Shown here in pieces: positions 23,978-34,035 of a DNA stretch of 64,000 bases (its first letter is position 1; each line of letters starts with the position of its first letter). This DNA comes from Rebecca billardiae RCC1528. Its lineage: Eukaryota; Protista; Haptophyta. Below the pieces are notes generated by a model. The model worked only from the letters and a program-made list of their open reading frames with translations, was not told where the DNA came from and ran no database searches. The DNA is taken from NCBI GenBank assembly GCA_965240325.2, contig OZ251234.1, forward strand, positions 1,054,001-1,118,000, given 5' to 3'. A program made the position numbers and the translations under genes.

Positions 23978-24667
23978 ATGCTCGAACAGAGTGCCGAACA
24001 GATGGGCAACGTCGACGAGTTCCCCGTGACGGCAGAAGAGGCCGCGCTCCTCGTGGCAGCGATAGAGGAGTACGAGCGGGTCGACGAGTTCCGTGACCCT
24101 GTACTCGACGCAGCCATGCTTGCAATCCCTGACGACCAGGTGGAGTGGCCGTGCGCTCTTCACCAATGCGCTCGCTCTCCCGACGGCCGGTCGACATCGG
24201 CAACGCCGGTGCAGCACGAGTCTGCCGAGTCCACGCCGCCCGACCAGCAAATCCCTGCTGCCAAGAGCTTCTCGCGCAGCTCGCGGCGCGGTCTCACGCT
24301 CGGCGTCGACACGAGCCGTGAGGAGTCGAGCGTTTCAAGGCCGGTCGACGAGCAGGCGATCATCCGGCAGCTCGACGCAAACGAGTCGCGCGCGCAGCAG
24401 CCTGCTCAGCCACCCCTGCCCACCATCGTCTGGCCGCAGCAGCAGCTCGCTCTGCCGGGTGGCGGCAACGGGATGTTTGGCATCTGTCTGTTCCCACAGC
24501 CGCCCGCCGGTTTACCAGACCGTTCTTCGTGCGGCGGTGTCTTGAGGCGACACCTCGCAACCTCGGGCTGGAGGACTAGCCAGCCAGTGTGGGCGTGCGC
24601 CCCCGGGCGGCATCGGCCGCCGAGTTGCAGGCAAGCCGACGTGCCGCTGCGAGCCGGAGCCTCATGA
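23978..24667 (+). CDS. Hypothetical ORF carried inside E3
   Basis: ~229 aa from MLEQSAEQ; acidic helical N-terminus; preceded by an AT-rich promoter-like region. Confidence 0.4.
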   Translation: MLEQSAEQMGNVDEFPVTAEEAALLVAAIEEYERVDEFRDPVLDAAMLAIPDDQVEWPCALHQCARSPDGRSTSATPVQHESAESTPPDQQIPAAKSFSRSSRRGLTLGVDTSREESSVSRPVDEQAIIRQLDANESRAQQPAQPPLPTIVWPQQQLALPGGGNGMFGICLFPQPPAGLPDRSSCGGVLRRHLATSGWRTSQPVWACAPGRHRPPSCRQADVPLRAGAS

Positions 24668-24876
24668 CGTTCATGCGGTCGGCGGACTCGGGCTATCGGC
24701 GACAGACCCGCTCACGGCCCGCCGGCCCGGCCCCGGTCGGCGGCAACCCGCGCGGCAACTGAGTTGGCAGCTCAGGCGAACTGTTACACATGCCAGACTG
24801 AGACAGCAGCCGACGGAGGGTGCACCGCGGGCCTCTAACTACGTTGGTTCTACGGAAGGACCGCGGAACGCGGTCA

Positions 24877-24932
24877 TATATATATGCAATATGTATATAT
24901 ATGTATATATATATGTATATATGTATGTGTGA

Positions 24933-25028
<96 letters not shown>

Positions 25029-25059
25029 TGTGTCTAGATCTAGATCTAGATCTAGAGAC

Positions 25060-25113
<54 letters not shown>

Positions 25114-25149
25114 AGAGAGAGAGACGGAGAGAGAGAGAGAGAGAGAGAG

Positions 25150-25191
<42 letters not shown>
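24877..25191. repeat. Compound (TA)/(TG)/(TCTAGA)/(AG) microsatellite block
   Basis: Direct read. Confidence 0.95.
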
Positions 25192-25194
<3 letters not shown>

Positions 25195-25421
25195 GCTTAG
25201 CAGTAATACACTCTGCTGTAAAGGTTACCGTACCGTAACAGGCGTAGCTGACCTATAGCAACGCTGGTACCAGCTAACTCTAATTAGTACTAGTTTATAT
25301 AAAAGTTTAATTTTAAATTAAATATCTACGGCCGCCCCGTGTATTCCGGAATCGGAATGGGACAGTCTGAAAGGCTGCCGCGCCGCCAACATGAACATGA
25401 AGAGTGCCGCATCTGACAGCC

Positions 25422-26417
25422 TCATGAGGCCAGGAGCTCGCCATCGTCCGGGAAGCTCTGGTCGATCCGAAGCTTGACCTGAAAGAACGTCACGCGCAAA
25501 GGCTTCACGTCATCCTCATCGACACCGCCGTCGGGCTGGGTGCCAGACGCATCTGCGCCGGTTGGGCGCTGCCCTAGGAGCGGGCCCGGGCTGGCGCGCG
25601 CGCTGTGCGAGTCCGTCGTGCTGCTCACGATCGCGGCGGGAGCCTCGTCACCCGCTGGTGGCGCCGATTCGTCAGCCGTGAGGTCGACTGGACGAGCGCT
25701 CGTGGCATCACGGGTGACAGGCCGTGCGCTGGAGCCATCGATCGCAACCATGCGGGTTGCTGCTTGGCGATCGACGCTTCGCCGCACCCAGCCAAGTAGC
25801 GTCTGCTGCGAGCCACAGCGCGCCCGGTTGGCCGCTGCTCGTCGCATGTCTCGCCAATGCGCCCCGGCCGGGCCCTCTGGCGACGCCTGACAGTGCTCCG
25901 GCCACTGGCCGCACCGCACAGCTGGCGTGTCGCACACCCAGCAGTAGCAATTGGCGCAGGTCCGCTCGGCCGTGTCCGGGCTGAAGGGGCACACAAGGCA
26001 CAGATGGCGCGGGTGCGGAGCAAGCACCATGATGCTGTCCGCGGCATGACCCGTCGCGACGACGCACACACCCTCATCATCCTCCGCGCACGTGTCGGCG
26101 GCCGTGGTTTTCTCGACCCCACCGCTTGCCGCTGCCAGCGATGGGCGCGATGGCGGCGTCCCATGCTCGAAGGCCTGCCCCGTGCCCCCCGCATGCGCAG
26201 CTGAGTCCCGCTCCATGAGCTCCCGGATCTTGGCGCTCAGCTTGCGCGTCGCTCTCTCGCCCAGCTTGCCGTGCATGAAGTTGGAGACGGTGGCCCCAGA
26301 GGTCTGCAGCTCCGCCGCCAGCCACAGCTGCTTGCGATTCTTACTCTGAAGCCACGCCTTGACGTCGCCGGACGCGACCTCGCGCTGGCGTTGCGGGCCA
26401 ACGCCGAGGTGCGTCAT
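25422..26417 (-). CDS. Protein with N-terminal Cro/XRE-like HTH and RIN13-like Cys/His zinc-binding module
   Basis: VKAWL.....KQLWLAAELQTSGATVSNFMHG; PHPRHLC..CPF......C.NCYCWVCD.PA..C..W..HC.A. Confidence 0.7.
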   Translation of the reverse strand: MTHLGVGPQRQREVASGDVKAWLQSKNRKQLWLAAELQTSGATVSNFMHGKLGERATRKLSAKIRELMERDSAAHAGGTGQAFEHGTPPSRPSLAAASGGVEKTTAADTCAEDDEGVCVVATGHAADSIMVLAPHPRHLCLVCPFSPDTAERTCANCYCWVCDTPAVRCGQWPEHCQASPEGPAGAHWRDMRRAAANRARCGSQQTLLGWVRRSVDRQAATRMVAIDGSSARPVTRDATSARPVDLTADESAPPAGDEAPAAIVSSTTDSHSARASPGPLLGQRPTGADASGTQPDGGVDEDDVKPLRVTFFQVKLRIDQSFPDDGELLAS

Positions 26418-26631
26418 CGGGGGCACGACGAGGGCCGATAGCCGACGAAAGGACCAACCGCCAGCGGCAGACAAGGATTGCCGCCACGGATCGCGCTTCC
26501 CAGTCCGGCAAGCCCTGGTTGCTGCGGCAGGCGGCAGCAGCGGGACTGGAGGACGGCCTTCCACCATCTTGGCCGCTTGCGCAGCCGCTTAATTTTGAGG
26601 CCGCCGGACGGAGCCTCGACGTGCATCGACG

Positions 26632-27336
26632 ATGCTGGCGATCTCGGCGATCGCGATCGCCGCCCTGTCCAATGGCGCGAAGCCGACGAGGAGCGCCTCC
26701 ATGCTGATCGCTCCCAAAGTGCCGACGAGCTCCTCGACGCTGGCCACCTCCATCGAGGTCCGCCGGCGTGCACTTCTGGCCAGCTCGTTCGGCTTGCTCG
26801 CCTCCCCGCTTGTCGCCGACGCCAAGTACGGTGACGAGCCCAAGTTCGAGATGCCCAGACAGGCCGAGTCCACGCTGGGCTCTCGCGCGCAAGAAAGTGG
26901 CTCGCGGCCGGTGTGGGATCTCGAGGCGGCTCGGCTCGCAGGAGAGGCGCTGGAACAGAAGAAGAAGAAGGTCGTTTCCGAATGGGTCGACCTGGAGGCG
27001 AGGGTGGATAAGCAACTCGCGAAGGGGCAGCTGCAAGAGGTGCAGAGCACGCTGGGCCTCAAGATGGCCACGATTAAGACCAACATGCGCGACACCGCGC
27101 GCGCGATGAACGGGGGAGACAACATCGTGTACAGGGAGGGATCGCGCGACCAGCCAGTCTTTGATTACAACATTGGCACGTACGAACTGACCGCTGAGGC
27201 AAAGCGTGCAGAGGACGTGTTCGCTGAAATCAATCGCCTCAGCGTGGCTGCTGGCCTACGGGACACAGATACGGCAGCCGACGCATGGGCGAAGAGCAAG
27301 CAGGCTTTCAAGGCCTACCAGGAGGGCCTGCTGTGA
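26632..27336 (+). CDS. Plastid thylakoid-lumen protein, PsbQ-like
   Basis: Signal peptide, transit region, twin-Arg RRALL...ADA cleavage motif, helical mature domain. Confidence 0.65.
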   Translation: MLAISAIAIAALSNGAKPTRSASMLIAPKVPTSSSTLATSIEVRRRALLASSFGLLASPLVADAKYGDEPKFEMPRQAESTLGSRAQESGSRPVWDLEAARLAGEALEQKKKKVVSEWVDLEARVDKQLAKGQLQEVQSTLGLKMATIKTNMRDTARAMNGGDNIVYREGSRDQPVFDYNIGTYELTAEAKRAEDVFAEINRLSVAAGLRDTDTAADAWAKSKQAFKAYQEGLL

Positions 27337-27477
27337 GTGACCTGGAACGGCCTGCCGCCTGCGAAACGGGCGGGCCAGTCGCGCCGCAGTCACTGAGTCT
27401 GACTATGCAGTCTGCTCGGCCTGCTGGTGCTGGCCGGCGGGCGCCGCACCCTGCAGGTCCTCGAGGCGTCATGGCGT

Positions 27478-27524
27478 CCCAGCAAAAACCGACGGCTTAG
27501 TGAATGCCGTCGGTTTTTGCTGGG
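27478..27524. other. Perfect 19-bp stem / 9-nt loop hairpin
   Basis: CCCAGCAAAAACCGACGGC-TTAGTGAAT-GCCGTCGGTTTTTGCTGGG. Confidence 0.9.
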
Positions 27525-29336
27525 CGGGCAGGGGCGGCACGCGCGCCCATGGCGTGCTCGTCGCGCCGACTCCGCCGTGGCGTTCAGCCGGTTCGGAGCG
27601 CGGACTCCGCGGAGCAGTCGTTTCCTTAGTCTAAAGCCTTAGTCCGGGCCGTGCCGAGCGTGCCGTTTTGCAGGTCTCTCACTCTCTGCGCGTCACGGGG
27701 GCAAGGCTTCACAAGTTCACTTGCGGCAAGGGCGGCCGGCAGCGCGGATTCCGCGGTGTCGACGAGGCCGCGGTTGCTACACGAACCGACGGGGGCTGAC
27801 CAGTCCGCGGCATAAGTTCCGCGCGGTACTCGGTCCGTACGCACTCAGTGACGGTACGCAGTCGCAGACTGACGTCGGAGTGTCTGAGTCACTCACTGAG
27901 TGACCGCCCCCGGCCCCACTGTCGGTCATAAGGTCACCGTCAGGAGATATACCGTCACCGTCGAGTATAGTTAGCTACCGCATGTCAGCCCGACTCCGTG
28001 TGACACTCGGAGTCTATAGTCGTACGCCTCGTCACGGTAACCGCGGAGTAATTCCGCGTGTCACCGTATCAGTGAATATCAGTAACCGAGCTCAAAATCA
28101 GTCAGCTAGCCGCTAGCTACCGGCCGGCCGATTGTAGGCCGGGCCGATTAATGTGGCCGCCAGGCCGCCCAGGCGGCCCCTTGCCCTTGCCCTTGGACGA
28201 TATGACGGCCAGATGCCGATGTCAGATCATCAGCCACACCTCCGAATCATAGGTTCAGACGATTCAATAAGACTGACAGCCCCGAATTAGACGGGACACG
28301 CGGGTGAGCCCGCGGGGCCTGCGCCGACATAGTCGGAGGCACTTCATAATACATCTCACAGTGCGGGCCCGCGGCCGCGGGCCGCCGAATGGCGAATCGC
28401 GTCGCGCCGCAGGCCCGAACGGTTCACGAGCGGCATTCCGCCGTTTGGACGGCAACTCCGTTCGAAAACGGCGGGCCCGGTTCGACCGGCCCCGCCGTCC
28501 GTCGCGGTCCTGAGGCAGGGGGCATCGTGTTATAAGTGTCCGGGGTCTGAAACGCCTCCGGGCGTGAGTGCCACTTTGGCGCCGACCGGATCAATGCAAG
28601 TCCCGGAGGGTGCCCGCGCGCTTGGTGGGCGCGGTGTGGTCGAGCACGCGCAGGCCGTCGTCATCGTCGGGTGTCTATCAGGTGATGAGGCGACCTAATC
28701 GCGGATTGATCATCCTTCAGACTATTCTGAGTAGTGCTAGAGTCATAAATCATCATCAATCACCGAGGAGATCGCGATCCAAACTATAGTCATAATATCT
28801 TATACAAAAAACCAAAGGAGTAGGTCGATACTATCTCCCAATTCATCAGAACTATTTTCATCGGTTTGAGGTTCATTGCGCTAACCCATTGTTACTGGCC
28901 TCTACCTGCGGTTAAAATGTACAGTGTAACCAAGTCGTGAAGTTACTGTGCTGTACCTACCACTTGCACCTTTTTTGTAGATTCCAATTGCCGTCGGGCA
29001 ACTTGTAATTACTTGCACCACGCAGCAGCAACGAATCTGTGGCAGTAGTGAGTAGCGACTCCAACCGCGCCAAATTCATCTAAACCATGTCGCTCTTGAA
29101 CTGCCTATTCATGCCTAACTTGAAAAAGCGTCGCTTCAACCATCGGGCCAAAATTTTGCCGCGGCAGGATTCAACCTCGATTCTATCTTGTGACCTTGTG
29201 AGTGTGTGTGGGTGGAGCAACAGGGGAACGACTTCTCAGCCCGGGCTGATCCCCTATCGTGCCCCTCTACGTGAACACCGGCGGCGTAGCCCTCTCACAA
29301 AGAGTGGACGCGCCCAGGCAGGTGGCGGGCAGCATC

Positions 29337-30128
29337 ATGTACGTACCGGTCGAGCTCCCGGCGGGCTACACCCACGGCGAGCTCTCCGGGCCTCCGCCGG
29401 GCCCGCAGGCATACCCACAGCCCGCACAGGCCGCGGCTCCGCTCACTGCCATGCCCGCGTCGTATCCACCCGCATCGCATCAGCCGCAGCTGACGCTCAA
29501 GCCTCCGCCCACGTACACGCTCGCAGTCCCGCCGGCGGCACAACCGTTCCCGGTGCAGCCGTACGCGTACGCCCCGCAGCCGATCGCGGCGTATTCGTAT
29601 CCGGCGCAGCCGTACTCGTCGCAGCCGTACTACCATCAGCTCGTGCCAGCGGTACCGCCTCTGCCGACGAGGCCGCATCCGATCCCGCCGGCGATCGCTG
29701 CGCAACCTCCGATGCCGCACCACCACCACCAACCACTTCTTCTCCAAGGCTTCCCTGGCGCGGCGGCGGCGCCGCCGCCGCCCGTGGCCGCGAGTGCCCC
29801 GCCGTACGACCCTGCCTACACAGCACGCGGCCCCACGTGGGCCGTTGACACGGGCTACGTGCCCGCGGGCGCGATGCCGCCGCCCCACAAGGTCGTGTAC
29901 GTCACCAACATGCACGCCTTCCCGCAGCTCGGGTACCGGCGCCGCATCGGCCGTATGAAGGCGGACAAGGGCAACTGCGCAAAGTGCGGCTCGCGCAAGC
30001 GTGGGTTTGGGACCGGCTACTGCATCAACAAGGACTGTCGCATGCGGAGCACTCAGCCTTCGGATGCCGGAAGCATGCCCCCGGCTGCCGCGACGCAGCA
30101 GTGCGTGGAAGTCGGTGTGGGTGTGTGA
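29337..30128 (+). CDS. Pro/Tyr/Gln-rich protein with C-terminal C4 zinc-knuckle-like motif
   Basis: Low-complexity PQPYAY region; CAKC-x11-C-x4-C next to a basic patch. Confidence 0.5.
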   Translation: MYVPVELPAGYTHGELSGPPPGPQAYPQPAQAAAPLTAMPASYPPASHQPQLTLKPPPTYTLAVPPAAQPFPVQPYAYAPQPIAAYSYPAQPYSSQPYYHQLVPAVPPLPTRPHPIPPAIAAQPPMPHHHHQPLLLQGFPGAAAAPPPPVAASAPPYDPAYTARGPTWAVDTGYVPAGAMPPPHKVVYVTNMHAFPQLGYRRRIGRMKADKGNCAKCGSRKRGFGTGYCINKDCRMRSTQPSDAGSMPPAAATQQCVEVGVGV

Positions 30129-30216
30129 GTACGCAGACACGGCACACGCTGAGCCCGCGGCTCCGACTCTTCCCGTGTGACAATGTGCCTCGTTCATCTT
30201 GAACATGCCCCCCCTG

Positions 30217-30556
30217 AGACCAAGCCGCGACAACAGATTGTCGACCATCATCGACTTCACCCGCCACACTACGTCTACGACCGCTGCGCAGCAGTCCTCG
30301 GTTGGCTCAGCCCCAGTTCAGGGCTCCCGCCAACTCGACCACTGCACGCCGCGCGGCGGCCGCAGCCCGCAGATCTCATCTTGGACGTGCCCCCTGGCCC
30401 TGTTACAAGACCAAGCCGCGACAACATATTGTCGATCATCGCTGGCTTCACCCGCCACACTACGTCTACGACCGCTGCGCAGCAGTCCTCGGTTGGCTCA
30501 GCCCCAGTTCCGGGCTCCCGCCAACTCGACCACTGCACGCCGCGCGGCGGCCGCAG
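30217..30556. repeat. ~150-bp direct repeat, 191-bp period
   Basis: AGACCAAGCCGCGACAACA...GCGCGGCGGCCGCAG at 30217 and 30408. Confidence 0.9.
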
Positions 30557-31200
30557 ACGAAGCCGTACTGTCACTACTGAATGACTAGATTCTTAGTCTA
30601 GATACTGGCATTGCGACTCGCCGATCAGCCGTCATCAGTGCCACAGTGGTCAGACGGACGTCGGTCAAAGCCTATAGTACGTCGTCGCATTGTGTGCCAG
30701 ACAGTGCGGGTCTGGCGCAATCCCGGCATCGGTACGGATGTAATAGAGTCGATGTGATATATTCGGCGCGGACCATGTCTTAGATGCGGCGACGCTACAT
30801 GTCGTAGACGTAGTAACTGATATATATCAACGAGTTTATAGCAGAGAGTTAACGATCTACGACGGGCGGCTGGGCGCTGGCGCCTGGGCCCCGCGACGGA
30901 GGGTGGGCACAGAGGCCCCCGGACGGTTCAGGTTCGGTAGTTAGTGCGTGACGCAGTACTCGTCGATAATGCTGCTCTCTCTCTCTCGTCTCTCTCTCTC
31001 TCACACAGTCCGTCATCTCTACTCTCTCTCTATGAATAAATATAGTATTTAAATATATTCATATATATATAATTTATATTAGTTATTCGTCGTGAATTCA
31101 AAGTGAGTTCTGCTGATTATAATAAAAGCTCGTCATCGCCAGCGGCTGGCAGCGGGCTGCCGGCCAGGCTGCTCATCGACATCGGCGGAGTCGTCATCAA

Positions 31201-33469
31201 TCAGTGGCCTTCGTGCTGATGCAGAGCGCTAAGCATGCTCTGCAGCGATGCCATGCCCTCCTGTGTCATCGCCGGCGTCTTGGCGCTCGCGGCCATCTCC
31301 GCCACCTTGAGACTCCGCTTGAGAGCATCGAGCTTGGCCGGCACGATGTCGACGCTTCGCTCGAGCGCGGCGTGGCGCGTGCCATCGAGTGCGCCCGCCC
31401 CGTCAGCGGCGGCGCCATCACGCGCGGCCGAGGCGCCGCCGCGCACGCCGCCGCCGTTCGCACGGCCGACGTCGCGCGCGTCGGCCGGCCGCACATACTT
31501 GCGCCGGCGGCCAGCCTCGTACGCGGCGGTGGTCTGCATGTGGTGCGTCGGCCCGTCGTAGTCGTGCTCGACCAGCGGGTGCTGCAGCGCGTACTTGAGC
31601 GCGTTGATCGCCGTGCGCACGTCGATGCCGGAGTCGATCAGCGCCTCTGCCTCATCCGAGAGCAGCAGAGTGTCCTGCAGCTCGCGCAGGTTGAGCGCAG
31701 ACTGCGAGGGCGCGCCGAGCGCGCTGCTATCCGCGCCGTCCGCCGTGCCCGCGCGCGACGCGCCGCCGCTGCCCCTCCGCTCACTCCCCTCGCCGCCGCC
31801 CGCGCGCACGGCCCCGCTCTGCGTGAGGAAGAAGCCGCCAGATCCGATCTCGGCGCCCGCGCCCTCCGCTTCGCGCTCTGCGAGCAGTCTCGCCTTCACC
31901 TGCGCGACGTGAAGGTTCTCCTTGCTGCGCGCGCGGCAGGGGTGGGGGCAGCGCTCCGGCGTGAGCGCGGCGTCGCGCCGCCCCGCGCGCGCGCAAGCAG
32001 CCCCACCTACCCCCCCGCGCGCGCACCTCTGCGCCGGCTGCGTCGGCTGCGCCCTGGCGCCCGTCCTCATCGCAATCTCCGCGGCGCGGTGGCTCTTGAC
32101 AACGGCGTCAAGACTGAGCACGGACTCCGGGTTGAAGCCGCGCGTGGTGCGCGGCGGCTCGGGCTCGGTGAGCACCAGCTCGACGCCGCGGTCCGAGAGC
32201 ACGTCGACGAACGCCTGCGGCACCTCCCTGCCCCGCCCTCCCCTCAGGAACGGGTTCCCCCACACGCTCAGCGCCGTGAGCTGCCCCATCTGCAGCACCG
32301 CGACTAACTCATCCTCGTGCTCGATCGAGTTGCACGCGAGATCGATCGCCTGGACCTCGGCGTAGCCGCCGTTCTGCACGGCGGCGTTGGCGATGCGCGC
32401 GAGCTTGTTCGACTGCACACTCAGCTCTGCGCCGCGCGCGGCGCGCGGCACGGCGCGTGGCGGCGAGAACTGAGCGGTCAGTCCGTGTCGGACGCAAGGG
32501 CAGCGGGGCGCGCGGTGGCCGTGAGCACGCACGCGCGCGCGCGCACCTCGCAAGTAGGGGACGGTGCCGATCGCGACGAGCGCGTCGTCGTCGGCGAGCA
32601 GGTTCCGGTCGAGCGTCAGCTTGCGCAGCTCGACGAACGCGGACCAGTCCGGCGGCAGCTGCCTCAGCTGGTTGCACGTGAGGTCGAGCTCGCGCAGCGC
32701 CGGCAGCGCGCCCAGTGCGCCGACCGCGTCCGCGTTCAGCCCGTTGTACCCGAGGTTGAGCACCTCGAGGCGTGGGAAGGCGCCGGCGGGGAGGGCGAGC
32801 GCGGTGATCCCGTTGCAGTCGATGTGCAGCTCCTGCAGCGCCGGCAGCGCCGCCAGCTGCTCGAGCTTGAGCCGGTTGTCGCCCACGTCTAGATGAGAGA
32901 GCCGAGAGAAGAAGCCAAGGTCGTCCTCGATCACTCGGACGATGCCCGAGCCCTCGAGCACGGCCTGCGTGGCGTCCTCGGGGTCGTCGACGTGGCACGC
33001 GTCGAGCAGCAGGAAACCGTCGAGAGACACCTCCTCCGGCTCGCGCGGCCCCGAGGGCGGCGGGATGCGCTTCGGTAGCGCGTTCACCGCGATCCACTCG
33101 CGCTGGTTACGCGGCGGCCGCTGCGGTGGTGGCTCCAGCGGTATCTCGCCGGCGCCGACCGGGAGCGGCTCGGGCGCTGGCCGCGCGCCCGCCTGCGAGA
33201 CGGCCTTCATGATGCCCCTGGCGAAGGGCGTGTACGAGCCCGCTGCGCGGCAGCGCGCGCCGAGCCGCGCGGCATCCCACGCGGGCACGCAGAGCGTCAG
33301 CGCGGCGCACGGGGCGCGGCTGCGGCGCAGCAACACGCCCGCCGGCGCAGCAGCGCGCACGTGGCAGTTTGAACTTCTCAGGATCCTCCTCATCGGGCTC
33401 GAGAGGCCTGCCATCGTCGATGTTCACGCGCGAGGTCTCCTCGAAACCGGGAGGCGGCTCGAACGCCAT
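31201..33469 (-). CDS. XRRA1: XRRA1-like leucine-rich-repeat protein; introns 33243-33360, 32427-32546, 31925-32026
   Basis: LDGFLLL..C, LRR units (L..LDVGDNRL, L.VLNLGYN.L, LRELDLTCNQL), GFFLTQ motif. Confidence 0.75.
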
Positions 33470-34035
33470 CGTGATGCCCAAATATGATGGGCCCGATGGC
33501 CTGTTCCACGCTGGTAACGGCGATGGCGTCGCTCATCGATTTTATTTATTTTGTCTCAGCAATAATCACATCGTGCAGCTCTGACACTGTGAACCGTGAC
33601 ACTGACGACGACGCCTGCCCGCTGTACATCAGACGATCAGTGCATGCCACCAAAGCAGCAAACGGGTGATTAAACGGGAGCACGGCCACCAGCAAATAGC
33701 AATATGACTCAGTAGCTAAGAGTAAGCCACTGACCTCCACTCTCCAGCCAGTGACTGGGCCGCCCTGAGTGCAAGTGGCAGTGGGCGTAACGTCGGACCG
33801 CATACAGTATTACGCCTAATACGTGTACCCTGGTGTAGTAACGTGGCTCTTCGTCTTACTCTGAACTCTATGAGTCCGTATTCGCAGACCGATTGTCTTC
33901 GTAGTTCGTACTAATCGTCGTAGGAAAATATTATTAATAATATAACAGTACAACATGCTGCCCCATCAGCTGACAACGAGCGAGCGTCCGCGCGTGGCTG
34001 CTCGGCCTCGGTGTTACTATTCGTATTCAAAATTA

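Larger units (their letters stand above)
19580..24876 (+). mobile_element. Helentron/Helitron2-like element, copy E3 (5297 bp) with cargo
   Basis: 5' block TGGCCCGCGGTGCAGGGCGGAGC...AAAAAGATCTTTTGATCAAAG; 13-bp perfect ATIR TGCACCGCGGGCC at 24821-24833; hairpin at 24859-24875; A^T junctions. Confidence 0.68.

Noticed and set aside
961-25258. ORFs such as YIYI/CVCV/ERER at 961-1172, 14009-14303 and 24820-25258
   Set aside because: Translations of dinucleotide microsatellites.
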